Shown: positions 1 through 9,022 of the stretch, one piece after another
Layout of the letters: each line of letters starts with the position of its first letter
How positions within the stretch are numbered: position 1 is the stretch's first letter
Assembly (NCBI GenBank): GCA_963847705.1
Contig: CAWKBC010000040.1
Coordinates: forward strand, 108,003-172,002
DNA length: 64,000 nucleotides
DNA from: an uncultured Pseudomonadota bacterium
Lineage (GTDB): Bacteria; Myxococcota_A; Polyangia; Fen-1088
Direction of reading: 5' to 3'
Translations under genes and position numbers: made by a program
The notes under the pieces: generated by a model
Databases searched by the model: none
What the model was told of the DNA's origin: nothing
The model's input: the letters and a program-made list of their open reading frames with translations, nothing else

Positions 1-652
1 ATTGCATCGGCCCGTTCCATTGCAAACGGAACCGTTGATCACGGAATCCGCCGTGCTCGAGCAGGTCGTGGCCTGAGAGCAGGACGTGAGAGCCGGCCAG
101 AGCAGGCACGCCCCGCTGCCGTTGCACCCCGCGCCACTGACACCGCACGTACTCTTGTCCGTCGCGGGGCAGTCGCCGCGCGGATCCAGCTGGCTGGCAA
201 CGGGGATGCAGCTGTTGCCGGTGCTGTCGCAGGTCTGGCAGGTCCCTGAGCAATCCATGTTGCAACAGAACCCGCTCATGCAGCTGCCCTGTTTGCAGTC
301 CGCGCCGCTCTGGCAGCGGTCGCCGTACATGCCCGTCGGCGCCTGTCCCCCGGCCCCGCTCTGCCCCGCCGCGCCACCGGCCATGCCGCCGCTCCCCTGG
401 TTGCCGGCGCCACCCAAGCCGCCGGTCCCCACGCTCCCCCCCCGGCCACCGATCCCGGTTCCGTTGCCACCGTTCCCCATTCCGCCGCTGCCGGTCACGA
501 GGCCGTTGCCCCCGAGACCCGCCGCCGCGTCGCGCGCATGGAACGCTTCCTCGCCCTTGCACCCGACGGCGGCGAGCGCGACGAGCGACGCCAATACCAG
601 CAGCCCCGCCCCCCGAGACGAATCGGGGCGGGGCGACCGGTGGGTCAGTCAA
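1..652 (-). CDS. Cys-rich surface lipoprotein (paralogue of 653..3436), runs off the left edge; apparent +1 frameshift at 619-625
   Basis: Not in the ORF track; read by hand on the minus strand: ...SSRGAGLLVLASLVALAAVGC (lipobox), Gly-rich linker, then CQSGADCKQGSCMSGFCCNMDCSGTCQTC...DPRGDC, the same Cys pattern as the neighbour. Removing one base from CGAATCG (619-625) links a TTG at 652, directly after the upstream stop, to this frame; otherwise only CTG at 648 is available. Confidence 0.8.
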   Translation of the reverse strand, partial: MTDPPVAPPRFVSGGGAAGIGVARRARRRRVQGRGSVPCARRGGGSRGQRPRDRQRRNGERWQRNRDRWPGGERGDRRLGWRRQPGERRHGRWRGGAERGRGTGADGHVRRPLPERRGLQTGQLHERVLLQHGLLRDLPDLRQHRQQLHPRCQPAGSARRLPRDGQEYVRCQWRGVQRQRGVPALAGSHVLLSGHDLLEHGGFRDQRFRLQWNGPMQ

Positions 653-3436
653 TCAAGGAGCGAGCGTGATGGAGGCATCGTCGACGTAGATATCCGGGCA
701 CTCGACCTGCCCCGCCCCGGTTCCGCAGGTTGAACCGTCCTGCTGGATGTAGACGCCCGCGGCGGCCAGCTGGCAGCCCGCCGGCGCGTTCGCGGGCGGG
801 AAGGTGACGCTGCCGGAGAGCAGGTTCCAGGTGCCCCCGGTGACCTGCGACGCGATGGCGATCTGACCGGGGAACTGCTGCGACCCGCCCTGGCAGGTGT
901 ACACCGGCTGCAGAATCAGATCTCGCGGCACCGAGCCGGTGTGCAAGGCGTAGAAGGAGACGTTGTACTTGGCGACGCCGATCGGCAAGTTCCACTTGGG
1001 GCCCTGGTAGGTCTGCGTCCTGGTCGTATCGACCATGCTGTTGGTCCCACCATGGGCCTGAGCCGTGGTGATCGCCAGCGAGCCGCCGGTTTGCGACCAG
1101 CCAGCCGTCGTGCCGGCCTCGAAGTTCGGGTTGCCGATCAGGTTGTGCCCGTCGGTGACCGTCACGACCAGGTCGTCGATGAACAGATTGGGGAAGGCCG
1201 TCGGCGCCTCGGTTCCCGTCTGATTGAGATAGGCCATCACGGAGTCGACCACGCCCCCCGTCTTGGTTGGGTCGCACCCCGTGATCGTCGTGAGGTCGAC
1301 GGTTCCGGTGATCTTGGTCCACGTCCCTGAGGGGAGCGAGACGCCGTAGCCCCCGACCGCGGGGTAGTTTGCAACGCCGGGCGACCCGCAGTTGAGGCCG
1401 AGCTGGATCACCCCCGACGCGAAGGTCGGGTCGGTGTTCTGCATGGCCCAGGCGGTGATGTTGTACTTCCCAGCCCCGGTCGGGAGCGCGTAGGCCGGCC
1501 CCTGGTAATTCAAGGTTCGCGTGGTGTCGGCCAGGCTGTACGTGCCGCCGTGGACGAGGCCCGCGCCGGTCTCGATCGCCAGCGTGCCGCCGCCGTTCGT
1601 CGACCAACCCGTGGTGGCGTTGTACTCGAGGTCGCCGTTGCCCGCCAGGTTCACGGGCGTGACGCTGTTGTTGGCGACGCAGACCCCGGCGCTGCAGAAC
1701 CCGCTGTTGCAATCGGTGTCGAGGGTGCAGCTGGTCTTGCAAGTCGGGCCGCTGGCGCTGCACTGGTAGGTGCCGCAGGAGCTGGGCACGCCGGCGGCGC
1801 AGGTCCCCGCGCCGTCGCAGGTGGGCACCGGAAGCAGCGTGGCGCCCGTGCAGGCGGCCACGCCGCAGGTGGTCCCGGCGGCCCACTTGCGGCAGGCACC
1901 GGCGCCGTCGCAGAAGCCGTCGTGACCGCAGGAGGTGGCCGGGTCGGCCGTGCAGTCGTTGTGCACGTCGGTCCCGGAGACGGCGGGGGTGCACTGCCCG
2001 AGGGTCCCCACACCGCCGCAGGTCACGCAGGTCCCGTTGCAGATACTGTCGCAGCAGACCCCGTCGACGCAGAAGCCGCTCTGGCAAGCATCGGCCCCAC
2101 CGCAGGCGGTGCCGTTCGCCTCTTGCGCCGTGCAGACACCGGCCGAGCAGAAGTACCCGGTCGTGCAGTCGGTGTCTGCGGTGCAAGTCGTCGCGCAGGA
2201 CGTCGTGCCGCACATGTACGGGGCGCAGGACGCGGTGGTGGCCGTCAGGCAGGTGCCGGCGCCGTCACAGAGCCGGGGCTGCGTGTCGGTCGAACCGCTG
2301 CAGGATTCGTTGCTGCAACCGGTGCCGGCCGCGTAGAGCCGACAGGCACCGGCGCCGTCACAGGTGCCGTCGTGGCCGCAGGAGGTGGTGGGATCCGTCG
2401 CGCATTCGCTGTCGGGATCCGTCCCCGCGGTGATCGGACGACAGAGGCCGTCGGCCGCGCCGGTCTTGGCGCTCGCGCAGGCGTTGCAGAGGCTCCCGCA
2501 GGCCGATTCGCAGCAGACGCCGTCGACGCAGTCGCCGCTCGCGCACTGGCTCGCCGCGGAGCAGGTGGCGCCGTTGGCCTGCGGAGCGATGCAGTGGCCC
2601 GCCGACGAGCAGAAGGTGCTGCTCGAGCAGTCGGCGTTCGAGAGGCAGGAGGTCTTGCAGGAGGTGGCCCCGCAGACGTAGTTGCCGCACGATGCGGTGG
2701 TCGCCGCTCGGCAGGTCCCCGTGCCGTCGCAGGTCTGGGCCGACGTGTCCGTCGCGCCGCTGCACGATTCGGAGGTGCCGCAGGTCGTGCCGATGATCCA
2801 CTTGCGGCAGGCCCCGGCCCCGTCGCACATGCCGTCGAATCCGCAGCTGGTTTGCGTCTCCGCCGCGCACTCGTTGTCGGGATCGCTCCCGGCGGTGACA
2901 GGACGGCAGAGACCGTCGGCCGCGCCGGTCTTGGCGCTCGCGCAGGCGTTGCAGAGGCCCGCGCAGGCCGTCTCACAGCAGACGCCGTCGACACAAAAAC
3001 CACTGAGACAATCCGTGGCCGCGTTGCAGAGGCCGCCGTTGCCGCCGTCCGGACGACCGTCGCTCCCCGCGTCCGTCGGGCCAGAGTCGGCCGCGGCATC
3101 CAGGCCCGCCGCGCCGCCCACGCCGGCGATGCCGCCCGCGCCGCCGCTGCCGGTCAGGCCCGCCGCGCCGCCCGCCCCCGAGACACCGCCCGTGCCGCCG
3201 GTGGCGACCGCTCCGGCCGCGCCGCCGGCTCCCACCGCGCCACCGGCGCCGGTTCCCCCCGTGCCGACGGCGCCGCCGCCCGTGCCGCCGGTGCCGAGCT
3301 TGCCGGCTTCGCCGGCCCCCCCCTCACCGGTGCCCCCGCTACCGCCACCGCCGCAAGCCACCATGACGAAGATGGACGCCAGGGCCAAGAGACGGACCCC
3401 CCGCGCTTGAAAGCTGAGATTGGCCATGCCTTCCAT
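653..3436 (-). CDS. Secreted lipoprotein: Gly-rich linker, 3 Cys-rich repeats (~155 aa each), 2 C-terminal CBM_4_9/CBM22-like carbohydrate-binding domains
   Basis: AGGAGG SD before ATG at 3436; lipobox VMVAC; repeats C-x-SGxCVDGVCC...CGxDGxCDGAGAC; two domains beginning NLxGNxxxE...GW...HGGTxS..DTTRTxxYQGP. Confidence 0.8.
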   Translation of the reverse strand: MEGMANLSFQARGVRLLALASIFVMVACGGGGSGGTGEGGAGEAGKLGTGGTGGGAVGTGGTGAGGAVGAGGAAGAVATGGTGGVSGAGGAAGLTGSGGAGGIAGVGGAAGLDAAADSGPTDAGSDGRPDGGNGGLCNAATDCLSGFCVDGVCCETACAGLCNACASAKTGAADGLCRPVTAGSDPDNECAAETQTSCGFDGMCDGAGACRKWIIGTTCGTSESCSGATDTSAQTCDGTGTCRAATTASCGNYVCGATSCKTSCLSNADCSSSTFCSSAGHCIAPQANGATCSAASQCASGDCVDGVCCESACGSLCNACASAKTGAADGLCRPITAGTDPDSECATDPTTSCGHDGTCDGAGACRLYAAGTGCSNESCSGSTDTQPRLCDGAGTCLTATTASCAPYMCGTTSCATTCTADTDCTTGYFCSAGVCTAQEANGTACGGADACQSGFCVDGVCCDSICNGTCVTCGGVGTLGQCTPAVSGTDVHNDCTADPATSCGHDGFCDGAGACRKWAAGTTCGVAACTGATLLPVPTCDGAGTCAAGVPSSCGTYQCSASGPTCKTSCTLDTDCNSGFCSAGVCVANNSVTPVNLAGNGDLEYNATTGWSTNGGGTLAIETGAGLVHGGTYSLADTTRTLNYQGPAYALPTGAGKYNITAWAMQNTDPTFASGVIQLGLNCGSPGVANYPAVGGYGVSLPSGTWTKITGTVDLTTITGCDPTKTGGVVDSVMAYLNQTGTEAPTAFPNLFIDDLVVTVTDGHNLIGNPNFEAGTTAGWSQTGGSLAITTAQAHGGTNSMVDTTRTQTYQGPKWNLPIGVAKYNVSFYALHTGSVPRDLILQPVYTCQGGSQQFPGQIAIASQVTGGTWNLLSGSVTFPPANAPAGCQLAAAGVYIQQDGSTCGTGAGQVECPDIYVDDASITLAP

Positions 3437-3493
3437 TCTCGTCCTCCTTGGCGACCGGCGCCAAAACGTTGTCAACGACCCGCCAACATTCTC

Positions 3494-4886
3494 CTAAAGA
3501 CCTAGAAATGCCTCCAGAACGCCCGCGTAAGCAGGCTTGGGAACGTAATTATCGTCGAACAGCAAAGGTTGAGGAGCGGCGCAGCTAACACCATTGAGCC
3601 ACGAATACTTGTCCGGCACGCCCCAGACCGTCACCGCCAGGCAGAGCGGCTCGGCCGCACACACGGCCACGAGGTCGTGAAACCTCGTTTTCTGGGTGTT
3701 CACGTCGCCCGCGCACAGCTGTACATCCATCTCGCTGATCACGACATTGAGCCCGATGGCCTCCAGCCGCTCCATGTTGGCCGCGACCTGAGCGGCCGAC
3801 GGCGATGTATCGGCGGGTCCGGTGTGCATCTGAAGCCCGACGCCGTTGATGGGAACGCCGCGCGCCAGCATCCCCTTCACCATGTTGTAGACGTAATCGG
3901 ACTTCGCCCCGGCCCCTTCGGCGCCGTAGTCATTATAGAGAAGCAGCGCGCCCGGGTCGGCCGCGTGGGCCGCGTTGAAAGCATCGTCGATGTAACCGGC
4001 GCCAAGGTATTGGTAAAAGATCGAGTTGCGGAGCGACTGGCCGTCATCCGCCACTGCCTCGTTGACGACATCCCAGGCAATCACCTGCCCACGGTAGTGC
4101 GAGACGACCTGGGTCACGTGGTTGATCATCGCCGCGTGAAGCGCGGTCGCATCCGTGATGGCAGAGACCCAGTCCGGCAGCTGGGAGTGCCAGACCAGCG
4201 TGTGTCCCTTCACCTTCATCCCGTTCTGCTGGGCGAAGGCGGTGATCGCGTCGCCGCCTCCGAACGTGAACACGTTCTGGGTGGGTTCGGTGGCGTCCCA
4301 CTTCATCTCGTTCTCGGGGGTGGCGAAGTCGAACGCGGCGGCGGCGGTCGCGGCGTAGGCCGCCTCCGACAGATGAGACGCCCCGATGGCAGCACCAATC
4401 AGACGTCCAGTCCGCGCGGCGGCAGTCTTGAGCGTCATCGCCTGGCCCGCGTCGATCGAATCCATCGCCGGCGGCGGCGTCGGCTCCGCCTGAAGCGCCT
4501 GCACTGCCTCTGCCTCCTGCACTGCCTGCAGCGCCTGCACGGCCTCCGCCGCCCGCGCTGCCTGCGGAGCCTCCGCCGCCCGCGTCCACGCCGCCCGCGT
4601 CCACGCCGCCCGCTCGGCCTCCGCCGCCCGCGCTGCCTGCACGGCCTCCGCTGCCGGCGTCCACACCGCCCTCACGCCCCGCACCACCGCTGCCGCCATC
4701 CAGTCGACCACCTCCTGCGCCGCCCGCCACGCCCCCACCGGTCCCGCCGACGACGGCGTCGTCGCGGCGGCACGCGGCGGCGCTCAGGATCATGAGACTG
4801 GCGAACGTGCGGAGCGCCGGCACGCAGCGACGCTGAACGCAACGATTGGGAAGGCGTTTCGAAAAGCGACGCGCGGCGGGGTTCAT
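3494..4886 (-). CDS. GH10 endo-1,4-beta-xylanase, lipoprotein with Gly-rich linker; split by an apparent +1 frameshift at 4457-4463
   Basis: Catalytic frame (3494..~4465) has TPENEMKW, GHTLVWHSQ, WDVVNE (acid/base), YNDY, GLQMH and ISEMDV (nucleophile). The signal/lipobox LSAAAC and Gly linker lie in the frame of ORF 4044..4886. Deleting one base gives a continuous 464-codon ORF. Confidence 0.9.
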
Positions 4887-5077
4887 ATCAACCGAAGGCC
4901 CCTTGAAGGAGGTTGGTCGGCGGCGTGCGCGAAAAGGGGGAGATCAGTGTTGCAAAATTCGCGGGCGCTCCGATACGTATGCTTTTACGTACAGCGCAAC
5001 AGAGAACTCACCTGCCCCGACATGCACCGTGGTCGTTGTATCCCGGCGCGCGGCCCCATTAGAATTCCCTCGCCGCC

Positions 5078-6904
5078 GTGATACCCAATGTAGAGCCAGG
5101 TACGTTGCTGGGAGGCACGTACCGCATCGTGCGCCGGATCGGGAGCGGCGGCATGGGTGAGGTCTACGAGGCGACCCACGCCCGCCTGGCCCACCGCTAC
5201 GCCGTGAAGTTCCTCCACCCGGGCATGCGCGACCACCCCGAGGCGCTGCCACGGTTCATGCGTGAGGCGCAGGTGACCTCGCGGCTGCGACATCCCGGGA
5301 TCGTGTCGGTCGTCGACTTCAACACGCTTGCCGACGGCGTGGCCTACCTGGTGATGGAGTACCTGGAAGGCGAGCCGCTCGGGAAGGTCCTCTCTCGAAC
5401 CGGTCCCTTGCCGCTCCCCCGCGTCGTCGACATCACCGATCAACTGAGCTCGGCGCTCACGGCCGCGCACCTCGAAGGGGTGGTCCATCGCGACATGCAC
5501 CCGCAGAACGTCTTCGTGATGCCCGCCACGGGCGGCCAGGGCGAGCGGGTGAAGATTCTCGACTTCGGCATCTCGAAGATCGCCTCGATCTCCCAGAAGA
5601 TCACCGGCATGGCGGCGGTGCTGGGGACGCCCCAGTACATGTCGCCGGAGCAGGCCGAGGGTAAGATCGACCAGCTCGACGCCGCGTCGGATCAGTTCTC
5701 GCTGGCCGCGATCGTGTACGAAATGCTCACCGGGCGGCCGGCGTTCTCCGGCGAGACGCTGGCCTCGGTCGCTTACCAGGTCGTGCACGCCGCCGCGGCT
5801 CCGATTCGAGATGTCCGTCCCGAGCTCCCGGGCGAGCTGGATCAGGTGCTCTCGCGCGCCCTGGCCAAGAACCAGAAGGCCCGATTCCCCTCGGTCTCGG
5901 AGTTCGCGCTGCATTTTCGCTGGACGGCCAGCTTGCCGGTGAACGAAGCCCAACGGCGCTCGCGCGTTGCGGCCGCCGGCGCGCCCGCGCTCGAAGCCGA
6001 CACCGAGGAGACGACGGCGGTCTCGGCGCTCCCCTCGGGGATGGCCGAGGTCTTGCGGCAGACCTCCGGGCTCTCCCCGCGCGGCGACGCGCCCGCGGCG
6101 AGCGCGATGCAACGACCACCGGGGGCAGAATCAACGTTCGACGAGGCGACCGTCGTGCGCCCCTCCACGTTCGCCAACAACGAACCGACGGTGGTGGCCA
6201 CGTCGCTGCTGGCGGCGGACGATCCGTCGCTGGTGACGAGGGCCCCCCACGCCGAGACGATCCTGACGGTGGCGAGAGAGCGCAGAGGGCGCCTGCGTCC
6301 CTTCGTCGCGCTGGCAGGCCTGCTTCTCATCGTCGGTGCCGCGGTCGCGTTGCGCGGAGGCGCCCGACCGACCGGTGATGCCGCCAGGGCACCCTCGCCG
6401 CCGGCCGCGCCGGCGCCGGCCACCAGCGCCCCGGTCGCTCTCCCCTCGCCTGCGCCCGCACCGCGAGCGCCGGCCGCGCCCCGTGAAACAACAGCCTCGG
6501 GGCAGGCGCCGGGTCCTCCGGGAGCCGCGGCGACGGCGTTGGTCCGCGCGGCGGCGGGCGGCGAAGCGGTGGCCAATGGAAAACCGTTGCCCCGGGGACG
6601 TGCGCGCGCGGCCGGCCCCCTCAAAGCGAACCCACCGCCCGCGCTCGACCATCCGGAGGCGCGGACCGCCGCGGCGGACTGCCGCCTCACGATCGGCTCG
6701 TACCCCTGGGCCGACCTCTGGATCGACGGCGCAAACACCGGGCAGCAAACGCCGGTTGTCGGATTGCCCGTGACCTGCGGTCCCCACCGGTTGGGGCTCA
6801 AGCGACGGGACCTGAGGGTCGATCAGGAGGAGAACGTGACGGTCAATGAGGGGCGGGAGTTCAAACGTGAGTACGAGCTGGAAGGCGCGGCCCTCGACGA
6901 ATGA
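5078..6904 (+). CDS. Hanks-type Ser/Thr protein kinase with TM helix, Pro/Ala linker and C-terminal PEGA-like domain
   Basis: GSGGMGEV, AVK, HRDMHPQN, DFG, GTPQYMSPEQ; TM FVALAGLLLIVGAAVAL; C-terminal SYPWADLWIDG...TP. Confidence 0.92.
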   Translation: MIPNVEPGTLLGGTYRIVRRIGSGGMGEVYEATHARLAHRYAVKFLHPGMRDHPEALPRFMREAQVTSRLRHPGIVSVVDFNTLADGVAYLVMEYLEGEPLGKVLSRTGPLPLPRVVDITDQLSSALTAAHLEGVVHRDMHPQNVFVMPATGGQGERVKILDFGISKIASISQKITGMAAVLGTPQYMSPEQAEGKIDQLDAASDQFSLAAIVYEMLTGRPAFSGETLASVAYQVVHAAAAPIRDVRPELPGELDQVLSRALAKNQKARFPSVSEFALHFRWTASLPVNEAQRRSRVAAAGAPALEADTEETTAVSALPSGMAEVLRQTSGLSPRGDAPAASAMQRPPGAESTFDEATVVRPSTFANNEPTVVATSLLAADDPSLVTRAPHAETILTVARERRGRLRPFVALAGLLLIVGAAVALRGGARPTGDAARAPSPPAAPAPATSAPVALPSPAPAPRAPAAPRETTASGQAPGPPGAAATALVRAAAGGEAVANGKPLPRGRARAAGPLKANPPPALDHPEARTAAADCRLTIGSYPWADLWIDGANTGQQTPVVGLPVTCGPHRLGLKRRDLRVDQEENVTVNEGREFKREYELEGAALDE

Positions 6905-7009
6905 ACACGAGGAGCCCCGGCGGTCGAGGTGCGACCGGGTCGGAGGAACTCCCACAACGCCGCGTTTCGATTGGCGACGGCGTGGCTCTTCGCACGAGAT
7001 CGGCTTACG

Positions 7010-8956
7010 ATGATCCCCGTGGAGGTCAGCGGTCAGCCGTGTCCTCTCCCGGGAGCGAAGCCGTTCGGGAAGTACTATCTCCTCGATCGGATCGGAGTGG
7101 GAGGGATGGCGGAGGTGTTCCTGGCCGTCGCCTTCGGGCTGCAGGGATTCCAGCGCACGCTGGTGATCAAGCGGATGCTCGCGCACCTCTCGCAGGACAG
7201 CGCCTTCGTCAAGATGTTCATCGACGAGGCGAAACTCTCCGGCCTCCTCTCCCACCCGAACCTGGTTCAGATCTTCGAGTTCGGTCAGATCGACGAGAGC
7301 TTCTTCATCGCGATGGAGCACGTCCAGGGTGAGACGTTGCTCACCGTGCAAGCCAAGCTCGCCGAGCAGGGGCGCATCGCGCCCGTCGGCGCCAGCCTGG
7401 AGATCATTCGTCAGGTCTGCCTCGGGCTGAACTACGCGCACGGGCTGCAGTCGGCGAGCGGTCAGCCGATCGGCATCGTCCACCGCGACGTCTCGCCGTC
7501 GAACCTCATGCTCTCGTTCCACGGCGGCATGAAGATCCTCGACTTCGGGATCGCCCGCGTCACCGAGGAGCTGCGCGAGACCAAGACCCAGGCCGGCACG
7601 ATGAAGGGGAAGGTCGCGTACATGTCCCCGGAGCAGGTGCGGATGGAGCAGACCGACAACCGGTCGGACATCTTCGCCACCGGCATCGTGCTGCACGAGA
7701 TGTTGACCGGACGCCGGCTGTTCAAATCGGCCAACGAGTTCACTGGCGCCAAGAAGGTGCTCGAGGCGGTGGTGCCGCTCCCCTCCTCGTTGAACCCGGA
7801 GGTGCCGGCGTCCGTCGATCCGATCGTCATGCGCGCGCTCGAGCGAAAGCTCGAGGACCGCTACCAGACCGCGGGCGAGATGGCGGAGGATCTGGAGAAG
7901 GCGCTGTTCGAGATGCGGGCCTCGCCGCACGAGCCGCGGAACCTGATCCTCTCGCTGTTTCCCAAGGGCCCCTCGCGCTCGGGCGAGATCCAGCTCCCCT
8001 TCACCCCGTCCCGGGCCTCGGGGCATGAAGGACAGGACGGCCACGGGACCCCCTCGCGCAGCGCCGCACGAGCCTCGCCGAACAAGGTCACCCGGCCGAT
8101 GCCGGAGGGGCCGCTGGAGATCGATCTCGGGGATCTGGCCGCCTCGGGGCCGGTCGTCGCCAGCCGTCGCCGCCGGGGACGGCGCAAGTGGCTGGCGCTG
8201 GGCGCGCTCGGTGGCGCGGTGGTGGCGCTGGTGCTGCTCGCGCAATCTCCTCGGAAAGGCTCGCAGCAGGCGGTGACCGTGTCGCCGGCGGGCGCTCAAT
8301 CGGCGCCGTCGGCCGCTCAACCGGTGCCGGCGCCCGCACCCCCTTCTGAACCGGCGCCGCCCCCGCCCGTCGCCAGGGCCGCCGTCGTGGAGATCTCACT
8401 CGATTCGAGCCCCCAGGACGCGCAGGTGATCCGCGAAGACTCCGGCGAGGTGGTCGGTCGCACGCCGCTGACCATCACGCTGCCCCAGGGACAAGAGGTG
8501 GTCTCCTTCCGGTTCGAGAAGCCCGGCTTCGCGCCGACGAGCTACAAGGTGATCCCCGATCTCGCCAAGCCGGTGCGCGCGGAGCTCATCGCCCAGCCGA
8601 CGCCGGACCCCAGGCGCGCGATCGCTTCGCAGCAGCACCGGCCGGCGCCGCCACACGCCCACGCCCCAGCGCCGCACGAGGCGCGACCGGCCGCCCCGAT
8701 CGAGAGTGCGCCTGCCGCCGACCAGGCGCGCGACTGCCTGCTGTCGATCGCCTCCTTCCCCTGGGCGGATCTGTGGATCGACGGCCGGGACACCGGCCAG
8801 CGGACACCGGTGGTCCATTACCCGGTCTCCTGCGGCAGCCACAAGCTCGCGCTCAAGCGGCACGATCTCAAGCTCGATCGCGCCGAGCAGATCATGGTCG
8901 CCCCCGGCCACGAGCTCAAACAGCACTACGACCTCGGCGACGACTACGCGGAGTGA
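7010..8956 (+). CDS. Hanks-type Ser/Thr protein kinase with TM helix and two PEGA-like domains
   Basis: FGKYYLLDRIGVGGMAEV, HRDVSPSN, DFG, GKVAYMSPEQ; TM after RRRRGRRK; DSSPQDAQV...GRTPL and SFPWADLWIDG...TP. Start moved to ATG 7010. Confidence 0.92.
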   Translation: MIPVEVSGQPCPLPGAKPFGKYYLLDRIGVGGMAEVFLAVAFGLQGFQRTLVIKRMLAHLSQDSAFVKMFIDEAKLSGLLSHPNLVQIFEFGQIDESFFIAMEHVQGETLLTVQAKLAEQGRIAPVGASLEIIRQVCLGLNYAHGLQSASGQPIGIVHRDVSPSNLMLSFHGGMKILDFGIARVTEELRETKTQAGTMKGKVAYMSPEQVRMEQTDNRSDIFATGIVLHEMLTGRRLFKSANEFTGAKKVLEAVVPLPSSLNPEVPASVDPIVMRALERKLEDRYQTAGEMAEDLEKALFEMRASPHEPRNLILSLFPKGPSRSGEIQLPFTPSRASGHEGQDGHGTPSRSAARASPNKVTRPMPEGPLEIDLGDLAASGPVVASRRRRGRRKWLALGALGGAVVALVLLAQSPRKGSQQAVTVSPAGAQSAPSAAQPVPAPAPPSEPAPPPPVARAAVVEISLDSSPQDAQVIREDSGEVVGRTPLTITLPQGQEVVSFRFEKPGFAPTSYKVIPDLAKPVRAELIAQPTPDPRRAIASQQHRPAPPHAHAPAPHEARPAAPIESAPAADQARDCLLSIASFPWADLWIDGRDTGQRTPVVHYPVSCGSHKLALKRHDLKLDRAEQIMVAPGHELKQHYDLGDDYAE

Positions 8957-8960
8957 GCTG

Positions 8961-9021
8961 GGCGCGCCTCGCGCTCTCGGCGCGGCGGCACTGTCAAAGA
9001 GGGCGCTGTCAGAGGCGCGCC
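8961..9021. terminator. Inverted repeat between convergent genes
   Basis: GGCGCGCCTC (8961-8970) ... GAGGCGCGCC (9012-9021), between stops at 8956 and 9023. Confidence 0.35.
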
Positions 9022-9022
9022 G

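Noticed and set aside
1550-3505. Long antisense and alternate-frame ORFs (e.g. 1550..3505 +, 11325..14945 -, 18300..20063 -, 27249..29201 -, 34081..35553 +)
   Set aside because: These are shadow ORFs expected in ~70% GC DNA opposite well-supported genes; they are Arg/Ala/Gly-rich and have no recognisable motifs.
4440-4470. Programmed ribosomal frameshift in the xylanase
   Set aside because: No slippery heptamer or obvious stimulatory structure, and the identical lesion at two unrelated genes favours a sequencing or mutational cause.
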